Assembly: GCF_001194135.2 (NCBI RefSeq)
Contig: NC_068994.1
Coordinates: 1,438,812-1,502,811 of the forward strand
Direction: 5' to 3'
Origin: Octopus bimaculoides
Taxonomy: Eukaryota
DNA: 64,000 nucleotides
The translations under genes and the position numbers were made by a program. Below are positions 39,141 through 51,307 of this stretch, piece by piece (within the stretch, counting starts at the first letter, position 1; the number at the start of each line of letters is the position of its first letter). The notes under the pieces are model-generated. The model was given only the letters and a program-made list of their open reading frames with translations, was not told the origin of the DNA and did no database searches.

Positions 39141-39858
39141 ATACACATACATGTATGTATGTAAGAATGTACATGCATACACATATGTACATATGCAGGG
39201 AGGAAGGGTGAGAGAGAAATAGATAAACAGACAGATAGATAGGGAGGGAGGGAGGGAAAGAGTGATACACAAGCATATACATAGATATGTGAATTAACTG
39301 CAGAAGTGTATGTATATGTAGATAAATATATATATATACATTGGTGTGTGTGTGTGCATGTATTTGTTCACCTGTGTGCGTGTGCATGCTTGATGCGAAT
39401 GACTCTACTGTGAATTATAAATATATGTAGCTATTTACTTATGCATTAATGCTTTAATGATTTTTATAAACAATAGAGGCATTCCACAATATACAGCAAT
39501 ACAATTGTATTTATTATATCTGAGTGTGTATGTATATATATATATATATATGTGTGTGTGGAGACAAGCGAGGAATGTATATACACACATACATTGCATG
39601 AATGATTGCATGGAAACCTTCAGGACAATAAGTTTATCTGAACTCTTACAAATCCAATTATGATGTACGTATGTGTGTATAAACAAATATCACGCATGTA
39701 TCTAAATGTATGTGTGTGTATATACATATATATGTTATGGATATATATGTATACTTACTTTCATACATACTTAATAAGACTTAACATTTTCATGAATTAA
39801 AATGAAACCAAATGAGATTTGTGTGTGTGTGTGTGTATACATACATACATACATACAT

Positions 39859-39899
<41 letters not shown>

Positions 39900-40022
39900 C
39901 ATGTATGTATATATGTGAATGTTTAAAATTCATCTATGTAAGTATATATATTTATATACATATATGTATGGGTGTGTGAGTGTATTTATGTGTATACATG
40001 TATATATATATAATTACTCACA

Positions 40023-40072
<50 letters not shown>

Positions 40073-40395
40073 GTAATTATAATGCAAAACGAAATTCTGG
40101 CGTACATATTAGATAAATATAGAATTAAATATAAAATGTATATATGTTAGTATAATGGCACACACACACACATACATGTGCACACACATCTATTGTGCTT
40201 GGGTGGGGACTATATATATTACCGTGTGTGTGTGTGTGTGAATCCGTTAATAAAATGCAATATATTTATTTTTGCATGAATCTTACTGAAAATTATTCTT
40301 CCAGCTATATACATACATAAACATAAAAGTATGTGCATGTATATATTCATATATATATATTATATATATATACACACACACGTATATGTTTGTAT

Positions 40396-40440
<45 letters not shown>

Positions 40441-40464
40441 CAGGATTGTTTCAATATCAGCCTT

Positions 40465-40617
40465 AGCATGTAATCCATGGCCAGACGATGCCCATCCTGT
40501 CAGCACCTACCGTCATCAGATTCCAAATCAGTAATGTTCCTCCATCACTAGACATGTTTTCTCACAAACTTGGAAACAAACAACTCCACGTTTATGTTGG
40601 TGACACTTGTTTACAAC
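40465..40617 (-). mobile_element. Family D fragment
   Basis: CCAGACGATGCCCATCCTGTC...AGACATGTTTTCTCAC...GTGACACTTGTTTACAAC resembles the reverse complement of 36225-36380. Confidence 0.55.
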
Positions 40618-40698
40618 TCTTCACTAAATCAAACAGGAAGATACAAACACATACACGCACATATTAACATGTGTGTGTGTGTATACAGATATACGCAT

Positions 40699-40730
<32 letters not shown>

Positions 40731-41059
40731 CATACAGAGAGAAAGAGAGAGAGACATATTGAAAAGTTGCTATTTCAATTCTTCAGCATTTAGTTTTTTT
40801 GTTTGCCTACCAATTGATATTCATGAATAACAATAGTTAAATTACATTTCCCTTCTGATGATCTAGCATTGTAAGTTAGTTATGGAACTACCGTTGTAAT
40901 GCTCATCTCATAACATACAAGTGTATGCTAGGGAAACATGTGTAAATGCTATGTAATTTATGATGTAATGATAAAAATATTTTACAAGCTAATCCCCATG
41001 TTGAATACACACACACACATATATGTGTATGTATATTTATATGGGGCTTGTCTGTGTTC

Positions 41060-41108
<49 letters not shown>

Positions 41109-41492
41109 GAGAGAGAGATTTAAATATGCCATCATGCAAAAATATAATTTCCTCTCCCTTGGCTGAGAGATATAGGAATGCTAACCCCAAATTGCTTACT
41201 CTTCCCAACTCAACACACCACACCATTTCTATCACTGATTGTTATTGAGGAGGGACAATCTAAGCACATAAAGTGTTCAATAAATAACAATGGAGATGAT
41301 CATGATGATGATGATGACTGTGGTAGTTGCAGTTGTTGTTGTTGTTGGTGGTGGTGGTGGTGGAGGGGGGGGTGCGGTAATATGAACAATAACGAGGATG
41401 TTGTATCTTCCTCAGATGTTTTCTCTAAATGAATGCAAACTAAAAAACAAAAACGAAATTAATTTTATTTTTGTTTCCTCCACATTCTGTAG

Positions 41493-41578
41493 GAATTGTT
41501 AAAGTGAACGGCAATGATGTCTGTTTTAGCAACAACCAGGGAGAATTGCAAAACTTCTTTCCAAAGACAACTCATTAA
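41493..41578 (+). CDS. Candidate terminal coding exon ((G)IVKVNGNDVCFSNNQGELQNFFPKTTH*)
   Basis: Strong acceptor TTTTATTTTTGTTTCCTCCACATTCTGTAG, a phase-1 frame open for 28 codons to TAA, then AT-rich sequence. No homolog recognised. Confidence 0.25.
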
Positions 41579-42020
41579 TTATTTAAAAAAAATATTCTAA
41601 GAACAATTACGAAACGAGTGTTCAACATTAATACTTTAAAAAAATACTTCTCTGATCCCTAAAAGCCCCTTACACACAAACACACACACACAGAGGTTTT
41701 CCTTGTTTTTACAACAACCATGTATTTTTTCCCCACATTAATGTACAAAATGCATTCCGTAAGTTGTCCTTAGAAGATTGTTAAATGACAAATTTTTAAT
41801 TTTTAATTTCAATTTGTAAAGAATGTTTACAACTCTGTCAGTAAAAGCAGACATTTTGTTTCACTTCATCGTTTCCTGCATAAATTAGAATATTTTTAGC
41901 TTTTATTCAGTTATTGATATGGCAATACTGATGACGGTGTCAAGTATTTAGAGGGTCTCTCACAACTTTGCTATTGGAAAGAACCATGTATACCATGCCT
42001 ATATACTATATATATATATA

Positions 42021-42145
42021 GGCATTAGGAAGGACATCCAGCTGTAGAAAACCATGCCAAATCAGACTGGAACCTGGCACAGCCTTCCAGCGTGCCAACC
42101 CATGCTAGCATGGACAACGAACATTAAATGATGATGACGATGATG
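42021..42145 (+). mobile_element. Family C 3' fragment
   Basis: GGCATTAGGAAGGACATCCAGCTGTAGAAAACC...CCCATGCTAGCATGG...ACATTAAATGATGATG. Confidence 0.85.
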
Positions 42146-42159
42146 TATGTATGTATGTA

Positions 42160-42332
42160 TACGCGAGGAGTTGCTTAGAAGTTCCTGGGTTTGGGTAAAT
42201 GAAAATACAGGAGGATCAGTTAATTCTGATTTTATTCAACATATCCCCCTCCTCTCAGATTCACACACTTATTGCAATGGTTCTTCAGTTTTTCTCAGAC
42301 CTTTAAAAGAACTCAGATGGTTGGGCATCTAA
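42160..42332 (-). mobile_element. Mariner 3' end (C-terminal codons plus terminal repeat side)
   Basis: Minus translation LKNHCNKCVNLRGGGYVE* resembles the canonical mariner C-terminus (KCxxxxGxYVE*), followed by AGGAACTT...CCTCGCGTA resembling a mariner TIR with TA. Confidence 0.7.
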
Positions 42333-42388
42333 TCAAGCCTATGTTTAGCCCCCTGTAGGCAATAAAGAAATAAATATTCTCTCTGCTT

Positions 42389-42610
42389 GAAGGCAGGGGG
42401 GAGCTGGCAGAGACGTTAGCATGCCAGTCGAAATGCTTGCTGGTATTCCATCTGTCTTTACATTCTGAGTTCAAATTCCGCCGAGGTTGACTTTGTCTTT
42501 CATCCCTTTGGAGTCGATAAATTAAGTACCAGTTGTGTACTGGGGTCGATCTAATCGACTGCCCCCCCCCCTCCACCAAAATTTTGGGCTTTGTGCCTTG
42601 AGTAGAAAAG
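42389..42610 (+). mobile_element. Full-length family A tRNA-derived SINE with 16-bp target site duplication
   Basis: Head GAGCTGGCAGAGACGTTAGC, B-box GAGTTCAAATTCC, end GAGTAGAAAAG. AATATTCTCTCTGCTT occurs at both 42373-42388 and 42611-42626. Confidence 0.95.
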
Positions 42611-42654
42611 AATATTCTCTCTGCTTTACTTATCCAAAAGAGTGGGATTTTTTT

Positions 42655-43000
42655 ACACTACAACATGTCCCCAATCATCATGGTCCCTCGTCAGTTATTT
42701 TGTGAGGTTCAGCATCTTGAAATCAGTTTTCCCCATTTCGTCCCCTGTGTTTCTTGCTCTTCCCTTCCACGGGCACTGACCCCATTCACTGCTCAGCACT
42801 TTTTTTTTATGCAGCTGTCATTAGCCGTATGCATCACATGTTTTACATGTTGGACTGTTTTATTCAAGCACACAGCAGACATTACACAACCAGCCGAGGA
42901 GCAGGCTTGCCTCACGCCTTTCTAGCCTTTGCTCTGTATCAAAGCAGACAGTGAAGCCTTGACGCACTCCTGTCACTCGATCTTTCATCTCAAACTGTCC
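42655..43000 (-). mobile_element. Decayed RTE LINE ORF2 fragment
   Basis: Minus translation gives QRLERREASLLLGWLCNV, HVMHTANDSCIKK and GDEMGKTDFKMLNLTK*LTRDHDDWGHV, collinear with the RTE C-terminus at 52695-52970. Confidence 0.7.
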
Positions 43001-43066
43001 ACATAAAAGTACTAGGATTAATTCATTGGACTATATATATATATATATATATATATTTATGTGTGT

Positions 43067-43272
43067 GTGTGTTTGTGCCCCCTCCCCACCACTGCTTGAC
43101 AGCCAGTGTTAGTGTGATTATGTGCCTGTAACTTAGTGGTTCAACAAAAGAGACTGATAGAATAAATACCAGGCTGAAAAAGAAAAAAGAGATAGTAGTG
43201 GGGGTCAATTCATTTGACTAAGAATTCTCCAGGGCAGTGCCCCAGCTTCGCCACAGTCTAATGACTGAAACA
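43067..43272 (+). mobile_element. Family B SINE 3' module
   Basis: CCACCACTGCTTGACAGCCAGTGTT...GTAACTTAGTGGTTCAACAAAAGAGACTGATAGAATAA...CCACAGTCTAATGACTGAAACA. Confidence 0.85.
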
Positions 43273-43311
43273 AAACGAACCAGATAAACGAACCAGATAA
43301 ACGAACCAGAT
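43273..43311. repeat. 13-bp unit x3 at the SINE tail
   Basis: AAACGAACCAGAT x3, perfect. Confidence 0.95.
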
Positions 43312-44014
43312 GTGGTTTGCTGTGTCTGTGTGTACGAGTGGTCCTGTTAGTTGTTCCCTGCAGATGGAACCCCATTGCAATGACACTTGCAGGCTCTGTC
43401 CCCTTCACATGTAGGCCTCTACATGTAAACACTTCATCCGGCATAATTAGTGTTTGTTACTGAACTTCCTGCCATCAGTGGTGGCCAGATTAGAGGTCGG
43501 TCAGTCTTTAAACCAAACAGTTAACATGTGAAACTATTGTGTCCAACTGGACATGTTTATTTACACACACACACACACACACAGAGCATCATCATCATCA
43601 TCATTATCATCATCAACACCACCGGCATCACCATAACTGTCACAGCCCCCCCCCCCCCNNNNNNNNNNNNNNNNNNNNNNNNNNTCACCAGCACCATCGC
43701 AGCCACCACCACCATCACCACCATCACCACCACCACAACTACATGGAACATTGCCATTGCAGCCCCTTTGTCTTTACGTCACCTCATCCTTCTTTCTTCC
43801 AGCTCTTCTGCCTTCACCTAACCCCACACACCCTCCTCCTCCTCCTCCTCACAACATTCTCAAACTTTTTTGTAACCTTTTTCTCCTCGTTTGACAAAAA
43901 TCTATTTTTCATTCTGGCATCAGAGAACAATCACACACACACACACACACACACATGCATACACACATGTACACATGCACAAGTGTGTGTATGTATGTTA
44001 GTACGTGTGTGTGA

Positions 44015-44057
<43 letters not shown>

Positions 44058-44614
44058 CATACATACAGAGAGAGAGAGAGAGAGAGAGACATATGAACAT
44101 GCATACTTACAAAGATGCATACACACACACACACACACACATTTAGATATATTTATATATATGTGTGTACATATGCCACATGTGCATACATTCACAGTGC
44201 CACGACAAACACACAGAAATGTGTGTGTATTCGTACATGCATGTGCATTGTTTTAGAAACCCCTTAATTTTTTTTCCAGTCGTGTGTGTGTGTGTGTGTG
44301 TGTGTGTTTTTGGCAAGAAGTGATTTTGTGGTGAGGTAAGACTGTTTGAAGATTAACTCCCACTGGCTGAAGCGATAGACAACAACAACAACAACAGCTA
44401 GGAGAGCAAGATAAACTACAACAACACAAAATAACAAAAAAACTCAAAAGAAACAATAACAAAAAATGAGAATGGTTTCCTTAAACAACAACAACAACAG
44501 CAATGATATGAGGTGTGTGGTCTGCGAGACATGGCAGCCAACACTTACTCGACTCATACTCTTTGAAATGATAGTATTGTACAATGAGGTTCTATACACA
44601 CAGAATATCTAAAG

Positions 44615-44695
44615 AGGCAGGATGGGCATGGTTGGAAAACAGGTTTGATGATAGACCAGCTCTGTTGTTAAGCCTGGGGGCTTAACAACAATTAC
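44615..44695 (+). mobile_element. Family E fragment
   Basis: GGATGGGCATGGTTGGAA...GCCTGGGGGCTTAACAAC. Confidence 0.5.
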
Positions 44696-45642
44696 TACCA
44701 CTACTATTTATAATAATAATGATAATAATAATAACGATAGTGGTAATGACAATAATGTAGTGATGGTGATAGTAGTGGTAATGGAGTGGTGGTAGTGGTG
44801 GTGGTGATGTTGATTATAATTCTAAGGGTTTTCTATCAGTAATGAAAATAAAGTAAATTAAAATTATTATCATCTAAAAAGGAGGGAGGAGGAGTTGGGA
44901 GAGGAAGAAAAGAGGAGGAGGAGGAGGGGGTCAAAACATTAAAATTGGATGAAATAAGAAAAAACCACATAGAAAATAAAAAATACATAAAAACGTGTGT
45001 GCGTGTCTATATGCGTACATATATGTATCTGTGTACATATATATGTGTGTATGTATATATATGTGTGTGTAGTGTATATATATGTGTGTGTGTGTGTGTG
45101 TGTCTATTTCTGTATACACACACATATATATGTGTATATATTGTATCTGTGTGTATTTTAGAATTAACCCACCAAAACAAAAAAAAAGATCACAACCAAA
45201 AACAGAAAAAAAACAAACGAAAACCAGGTAGAAAGACAAGAGTGTTGGGGGTGGGGGTCATGGAATGGCAAATTGGAATGAAAACTGAAGATAAGAAGAG
45301 TAAAAGAGAGTATCTGTTGGAAATATAAAGAGTTTTTCAGGAAAAAATTTTAAAACAAAATGCATTCGTTAAAAAAAAAATTAATTGCAAATCACCAGCA
45401 GCAGCAGCAGTAGCAGCAATAATAATGATAATAATAATAATAATAATAATAATGATTAAACGTTCCTTTATTTACTAGTTGTTTATTTACTTTTTGTTTA
45501 TTTATTTATTCTCTATTTTCTCAATATTATCAGCAGTAATAAAACCATCAAAAATAAAAACAAAATTACCAAAAAAAAAAACCATATAAAGATTCTCTAA
45601 ACATACGCTCACANNNNNNNNNNNNNNNNNNNNNNNNNNNNN

Positions 45643-45684
<42 letters not shown>

Positions 45685-45862
45685 GATGATGCAGAATTTA
45701 AAAAATAATAAAACGCATTCAAATTTTATACCTGTGTGTGTATATATATTGTATTTGCATGTGTATGTTGTGTGTCTAGTATATGTGTGCATATGTGTTT
45801 GTGTGAGTGTAACATACATATACATATATATACATATATATATATGTATGTATGTATGTATG

Positions 45863-45893
<31 letters not shown>

Positions 45894-45946
45894 ATATGTA
45901 TATATGTATGTATGTATATATATGTATATCATCATCCTCATCTCTC

Positions 45947-46083
45947 CATCATTTTAACGTCCACTTTTACTGCCTTGCATGGGTCAGAGGGGATATTTTG
46001 CGGCAGATTTTCTACCATTTTGATTCTCTTCCTGTCACCAACTTCATCCGTTTCCAAGCAAAACTGGCAATATGACCATCCCC
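45947..46083 (-). mobile_element. Family D fragment
   Basis: CATCATTTTAACGTCCACTTTTACTGCCTTGCATGGGTCAGA...CTTCCTGTCACCAAC...TTTCCAAGCA. Confidence 0.8.
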
Positions 46084-46091
46084 AAGTACAT

Positions 46092-46147
<56 letters not shown>

Positions 46148-46479
46148 GTATGCATACATGCACATACATACATACATATATGCATGTACGTAGGTATGTA
46201 TGTAGGCACATTAGTGTATGCATGATTCTGTTGTATTGAATAATATATTTACACAATATACAAAGAACATGACTATGTTACATTTTAATTTTTTTCTATA
46301 AGTCCTTACCATATTTTTCTATCTTGCTTGGAATTTAAGTTTCTAAAACTATTTCATTAGACTATCTCATCCTCATCTTCAAGCTATGAAGTGTTGTTGG
46401 CCTCTGTATGCCTTTCAGCCCTCTTTTTCATACTGGATTACTTTTGATTAAATGGATTTTACAGCTAGAATTTGACTGT

Positions 46480-46960
46480 AATTGTCAGCTTGTGTTGGAA
46501 TGTGAGTATTGCTTCCATAATCATTCACCAATTTTTTGAGGAAACTTAGTTTTTGTTTTATGGTGCATGATGTAGTGTGTGGCAATTGCTACTTGTTTGA
46601 AATGCATGGTGAGCCTGTAAGAGAGAGTGCTGTACATGTCTGGCCATTGTAGCAATTAGAATAAGTTTTCACCTTTTATTTTCACTAACAAATCTCCAGA
46701 TTACATTGGTCATTTTCAATTTGTTCTTGTGACGTGCCTGTGATGACCAGACATTTTTGATCTCATTGTTTTCATTCTCTATGATCAGTGTTGCTTTGGT
46801 GTGACACATGTTATGTTTCATTTTATGAGCTCTTTGATTCTCTGTTCGTCTCTTCCATACCTGGCATACGTTTGATTCCTTTAGTGTGCTTTGTCTGATG
46901 TATGTCTGTTTAGAAGACACACCCCTTCAATGTACTTCTGTCTCTCTTCATGAGTAGTCA
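46480..46960 (-). mobile_element. Possible decayed Penelope-like element GIY-YIG endonuclease remnant
   Basis: Minus translation TYIRQS...WKRRTENQRAH...KNVW...TNVIWRFV, then in a shifted frame KTYSNCYNGQTC...I and QKIGE*LWKQYSHSN. This loosely follows the YIG..R..NH..VW..I.W..PY.N..C..E..H layout recalled for marine-invertebrate PLE endonucleases. Recognition by eye only. Confidence 0.35.
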
Positions 46961-47100
46961 TCGGTCTACTGAAGTGCTTGAATATCTGCCATTAATCTGT
47001 GTTTGTTTTATCCACTGTTTCATTGGTGGGAGATAATCTAAATTGATTCCATGCATTTCGTACGGCCAATCACTCTCTCCACGTTGGTATTCTTTTATTC

Positions 47101-47290
47101 TTTTCCTTGTTTCAGTCATTAAACTGTGGCCATGCTGGGGCATTGCCTTGAAAAACTTTAGTTGAAAGAATTGACTCATGTACTAATTTGTTTTTTTGCC
47201 AGCTAGGTTCTATCAGTCTCTTTTGCCAAATTGCTAAGTTACAGGGACATACACAAACCAACACCAGTTGTCAAGAGAGGTGGTGGTGGC
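47101..47290 (-). mobile_element. Family B SINE 3' module
   Basis: TTTTCCTTGTTTCAGTCATTAAACTGTGGCCATGCTGGGGCA...TTTTGCCAAATTGCTAAGTTACAGGGAC...ACACCAGTTGTCAAG. Confidence 0.9.
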
Positions 47291-48510
47291 TGAACACATT
47301 CACAATGACACACTGACAGAGATATATACACTCACAAGGCAATGGTCAGCCTGAGGGTATTGGGAAGATGCAAGTGGAAAACAAGACAGACAACATAAAG
47401 AACGACCCTTCATCAGTTGTTTTGCTGTTTTTTCTCCTTTCCATACTTTGAGCATTTAACAATATATACGAGAACATTATTGATGTGATTCATTTGCATG
47501 AGGCCAGTAAATCATTCACTACTCAGAGTTTTACACTTTTGATCTTCCTCTGGCAATGTATTATAAAAGTATTTTGTGATTCAACACCTTGAGGAAGACA
47601 GGGAGTTGGAAATCTGTCAGTTCCACTGGAGTGAATTACCAAATACACACACACACACACGCATTACAATGTGTATTGAGTACTAGTTCTCTTGTTTGTG
47701 TTATGAAACACAGAAGTGCATGTATGTATATGTTTGTATGTGTGTATTTACTCATGTATATATGTATACGTCCCCCCGTCGCCCCCCCCCCCCACATAGG
47801 GTTGTCTATTTCTGTAGAATCCCTCCAGACTTCTCTCCTTAATCATTATCTCTGTCATGAAACAACAGCAACAACAATGGTGACTACAACAACAACAACA
47901 GCTACAATTGTGACGTTAATTAATGTGTGATTCAATTTTCATTTATCAACAAATTAAGGGGGCATGGTGTCGTCACCGCCGCCATCATTGCTGCTGCTGC
48001 TGTTGTTGTTGTTTTACGTCTAACATTAATTCTTGTGTCATTAGGTTTCTTCTCTCTCTCCTCCCTCCCTCCCTCCCACCACTACACTCCACCACCCTGG
48101 GGCACATCATCACCACCACCTCCACCACTACTATTACTACAACCAGTGTGCCACTAATTACATTACAAATCACCTGCCTCTAGCACCAAAAATCTAAGAA
48201 TCAAGAATAGATATCCAGCCTTCACAAAACACACCGAAAACTCTCTCTCTCTCATTCTCTCTCTCTCATTCTCTCATTCTCTCTCTCTCTGCTCTTCTAC
48301 AATTTCACACTGATGACTGCCATTATAATCTCAACATTATTAACATCATCATCATCATAATCATCACCATCATCTTCCCCCTTATCATCATCATCATTGT
48401 CCTCATGATTTGCATCACAATCATCATCATCATTAGTATCATTATTATCCCTGTTGTTGTTATCATTATCATAATTATTATTATCATCATCGTTACTGTT
48501 GTTGTTATTA

Positions 48511-48783
48511 AGGCATCAATTCGGCAGAAGCATCACTGCATTGCAAGAAATGCTTCGTTGCATTTCTTCTCATGCTTTACGCTCTGAGTTCAAATCCCAC
48601 CGAGATAGACTTTGTCTTTCATTCCTTTTGGGTCAATGAAATAAAGTACCAGTAAAATACTGGGTTTCAATGTAATCGATTTGTCCCCTCCCCTCAAAAC
48701 TGTCGCCTTTGTACCAGAATTTTGCCTGTCTTTGAGTTCTGACTGCCACTCACCCCTTGGTACCAAAACTTGAAATCAATATT
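48511..48783 (+). mobile_element. Family A SINE (diverged, with a second tail fragment)
   Basis: AGGCATCAATTCGGCAGAAG...GAGTTCAAATCCC...AAGTACCAGTAAAATACTGGG...GTACCAAAACTTGAAATCAATATT. Confidence 0.8.
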
Positions 48784-49154
48784 TAAGCCATTGTTGACAA
48801 TTTCACAATTTTTCAGATTTCACTCAGTTTTTGTTGTTGTTCCTCAGCAGAGTCCTGTATGAAACCCTGCCCTCCATACACACACCACATAGGAGACACA
48901 GACATGCAATGAGAGGAAAGACCTTACCTGGTTGTTCAACCTGCTAGAAATAACTGTTGGATGCCCCTTAAATCGTACCCTTCATGTCTTTCTCTGAATT
49001 GCAAAGATTTCTCTATGAGAGTATTTTGCTTTTGGACATTTTTGTAGCCAGGTTGATTTAAAAAAAAGGTATTGTTAACCCTTAGCCCAGCCTTCTTTCA
49101 TCTGGGACCATCTGTCACTCTCATTTGGAACAGACAAACAGACAGACAGAGAAC

Positions 49155-49305
49155 TCACCCCCAGTAATTGACTGGTTCTTTCTTTTACCAGCCCTGCATA
49201 AATGAAAGTAAAGACAACCTCAGAAGGATATGAACTCAAGACTGATAGAACCAAATCAAACACTGCAACATGTTTTGTCTGGTGCTCTACCAGTTCTGCC
49301 ACCTG
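49155..49305 (-). mobile_element. Diverged family A SINE
   Basis: CCAGTAATTGACTGGTTC...AATGAAAGTAAAGACAACCTC...TGAACTCAAG...CAGTTCTGCCACC. Confidence 0.65.
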
Positions 49306-50679
49306 AGTCCATTAAATGGCAGACAATACTATATGTAATATAGTTCCTAACTGAACTTCAGACAAGATAGTCATGGTTGGATCAAGGTCGATTTGGAGTT
49401 AAACAGCAACAACAACAAGGAACACATCCCAGTTATAATGAATAATTCACTCCAGTCTCGTAACAGTTAACATCTCCCCCTGGTGGACAAATTAGGAATT
49501 ACTCTGAGAGTTTTTGCAGTCAGAATATGAAGCCACTGGAACCAGCACCCTGATGGATGGGTCCCCATTCATAGAGATAGATAAAGAGTACCATTTCCAC
49601 CCTGTATCCACCCTTACCCAAGGCTGCGCTTACAGTGCAAAATAATTCACTGGGGACCCTGTATTTATTCATTGGCAGCAACCTCCAGACCACAGCATAC
49701 AGTGAGGCTCCCTAAACTCATAGGGACTCTAAGCAACTGTCCTGTGTGCCCATGCCTGAAGGGGACTCTGTCGTTGTCTTCGCTACACCATCCAGACAAT
49801 ATTGGAAGGGTTTTGTAAAATCGGACACCATTCCAATATTGCACAGGAACCACTAAACTAACTCTACATTAGCATTACAACAACACTACACTGCTGCTAC
49901 CCCATTGCTACACCACTCTGCAACTACATCAGAAACTGTGCCAACATTCTTACATTTTTTAAAAAATCAATTAAAATTTATTTTAAGACCAAATTTTTAC
50001 TCTAAGACAAAAAACTCCCATTTTTTGCCTATTTTTCATCTCAACTATTTTAGCTCCCTTTTTTCTCCCCGCCCCACCCGCCTTCCTCCCCTCCTTCTTT
50101 TATCTGCCCCTACTCCTCTCTCACCTACCCCACCACCTCTCCTCCCTCCTCTCTAATCTAATCGGTAGAATCCTTATTAAAAGCTAATGGAGTCAGGGAG
50201 AATGTAATTAAACTAGCAGTTGCCTGCAACTTAATTGTACAACTGCCGTTTATCTCATTACACTGCTGCTGCTGTTGCTGCTGCTGCTGTTGCTGCTGCT
50301 TCATTGCTGGTGGTGCCACCATACTGTAAATGGCATACCTGAAAAAGATGGGGTGGTCATAAGTGAAGCCCCTTTGGTCACAGCCTCAGGTGGAGGAGGA
50401 TCGACCGAGGACTAAACATTAACCCCTAACGCCAGGCAATATGAAAGGCAACAACACTGTTCTTGCACTCGCCAAACTGCTTGAGGACGAGAGCCTGAAA
50501 ATATCTGCAGCAAGAGACGAAGGTTCTGGTAGATCTAGCTTTACCAAAGTTTCCCTAAGAGTTATTAAATGGGAAACAGAGAGACCGAATGCGTAGGAAA
50601 AGGGTGCTGTTAATGCCTGTTCCCACAATGGATGAGGTTGCCCTGCCTGGGGATGACACTCACTGTGGTATGTTTCAGA

Positions 50680-50888
50680 TACCAGCTCCTCTGGCCCCTG
50701 TGCCGGTGGCACATAAAAAGCACCCACTACACTCTCTGAGTGGTTGGTGTTAGGAAGGGCATCCAGCTGTAGAAACACTGCCAGATCAGACTGGAGCCTG
50801 GTGCAGCCTCCTGACTTCCCAGACCCCAGTCGAACCGTCCAACCCATGCCAGTATGGAAAGCGGACGTTAAACAATGATGATGATGAT
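50680..50888 (+). mobile_element. Family C RTE-tail element, well preserved
   Basis: GTGCCGGTGGCACATAAAAAGCACCCACTACACTCTCTGAGTGGTTGG...CCAACCCATGCCAGTATGGAAAGCGGACGTTAAACAATGATG. Confidence 0.92.
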
Positions 50889-51243
50889 ATATATATATTG
50901 AGGCAGAGAGAGAGAGAGAGAGAGAGTATGTGCGTGTGGAGTTCACAATTATGCAGAGAACAGAGAGCTGGACATGAGATATGGACTTCAGATAATGGTT
51001 GAGAGATTTGTGTGTTGTAGTGGAATAGGTTCTGTGCTTTGTGCATTAGTAAATGATGGTGGAGATGGTCCTGGCTGGATTGAAAAACTTTGCAGTTGTA
51101 GATGTTGTAGATGTGGTGGTGGTGGGGAATTATCAGGCAGGTGTCTTTGATAAGTAGGAGTTTAGTAAGGTACGTTTACATCTGTCTGCCAATCTGTCCA
51201 TCTATCTGTCTGATTCCCTCTCTCTTTATATAAATACATACAT

Positions 51244-51307
<64 letters not shown>

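Noticed and set aside
44280-44341. 56-nt segment with a good acceptor and AG|GTAAGA donor
   Set aside because: Half of it is (GT)n, and such site pairs are expected by chance in 64 kb.
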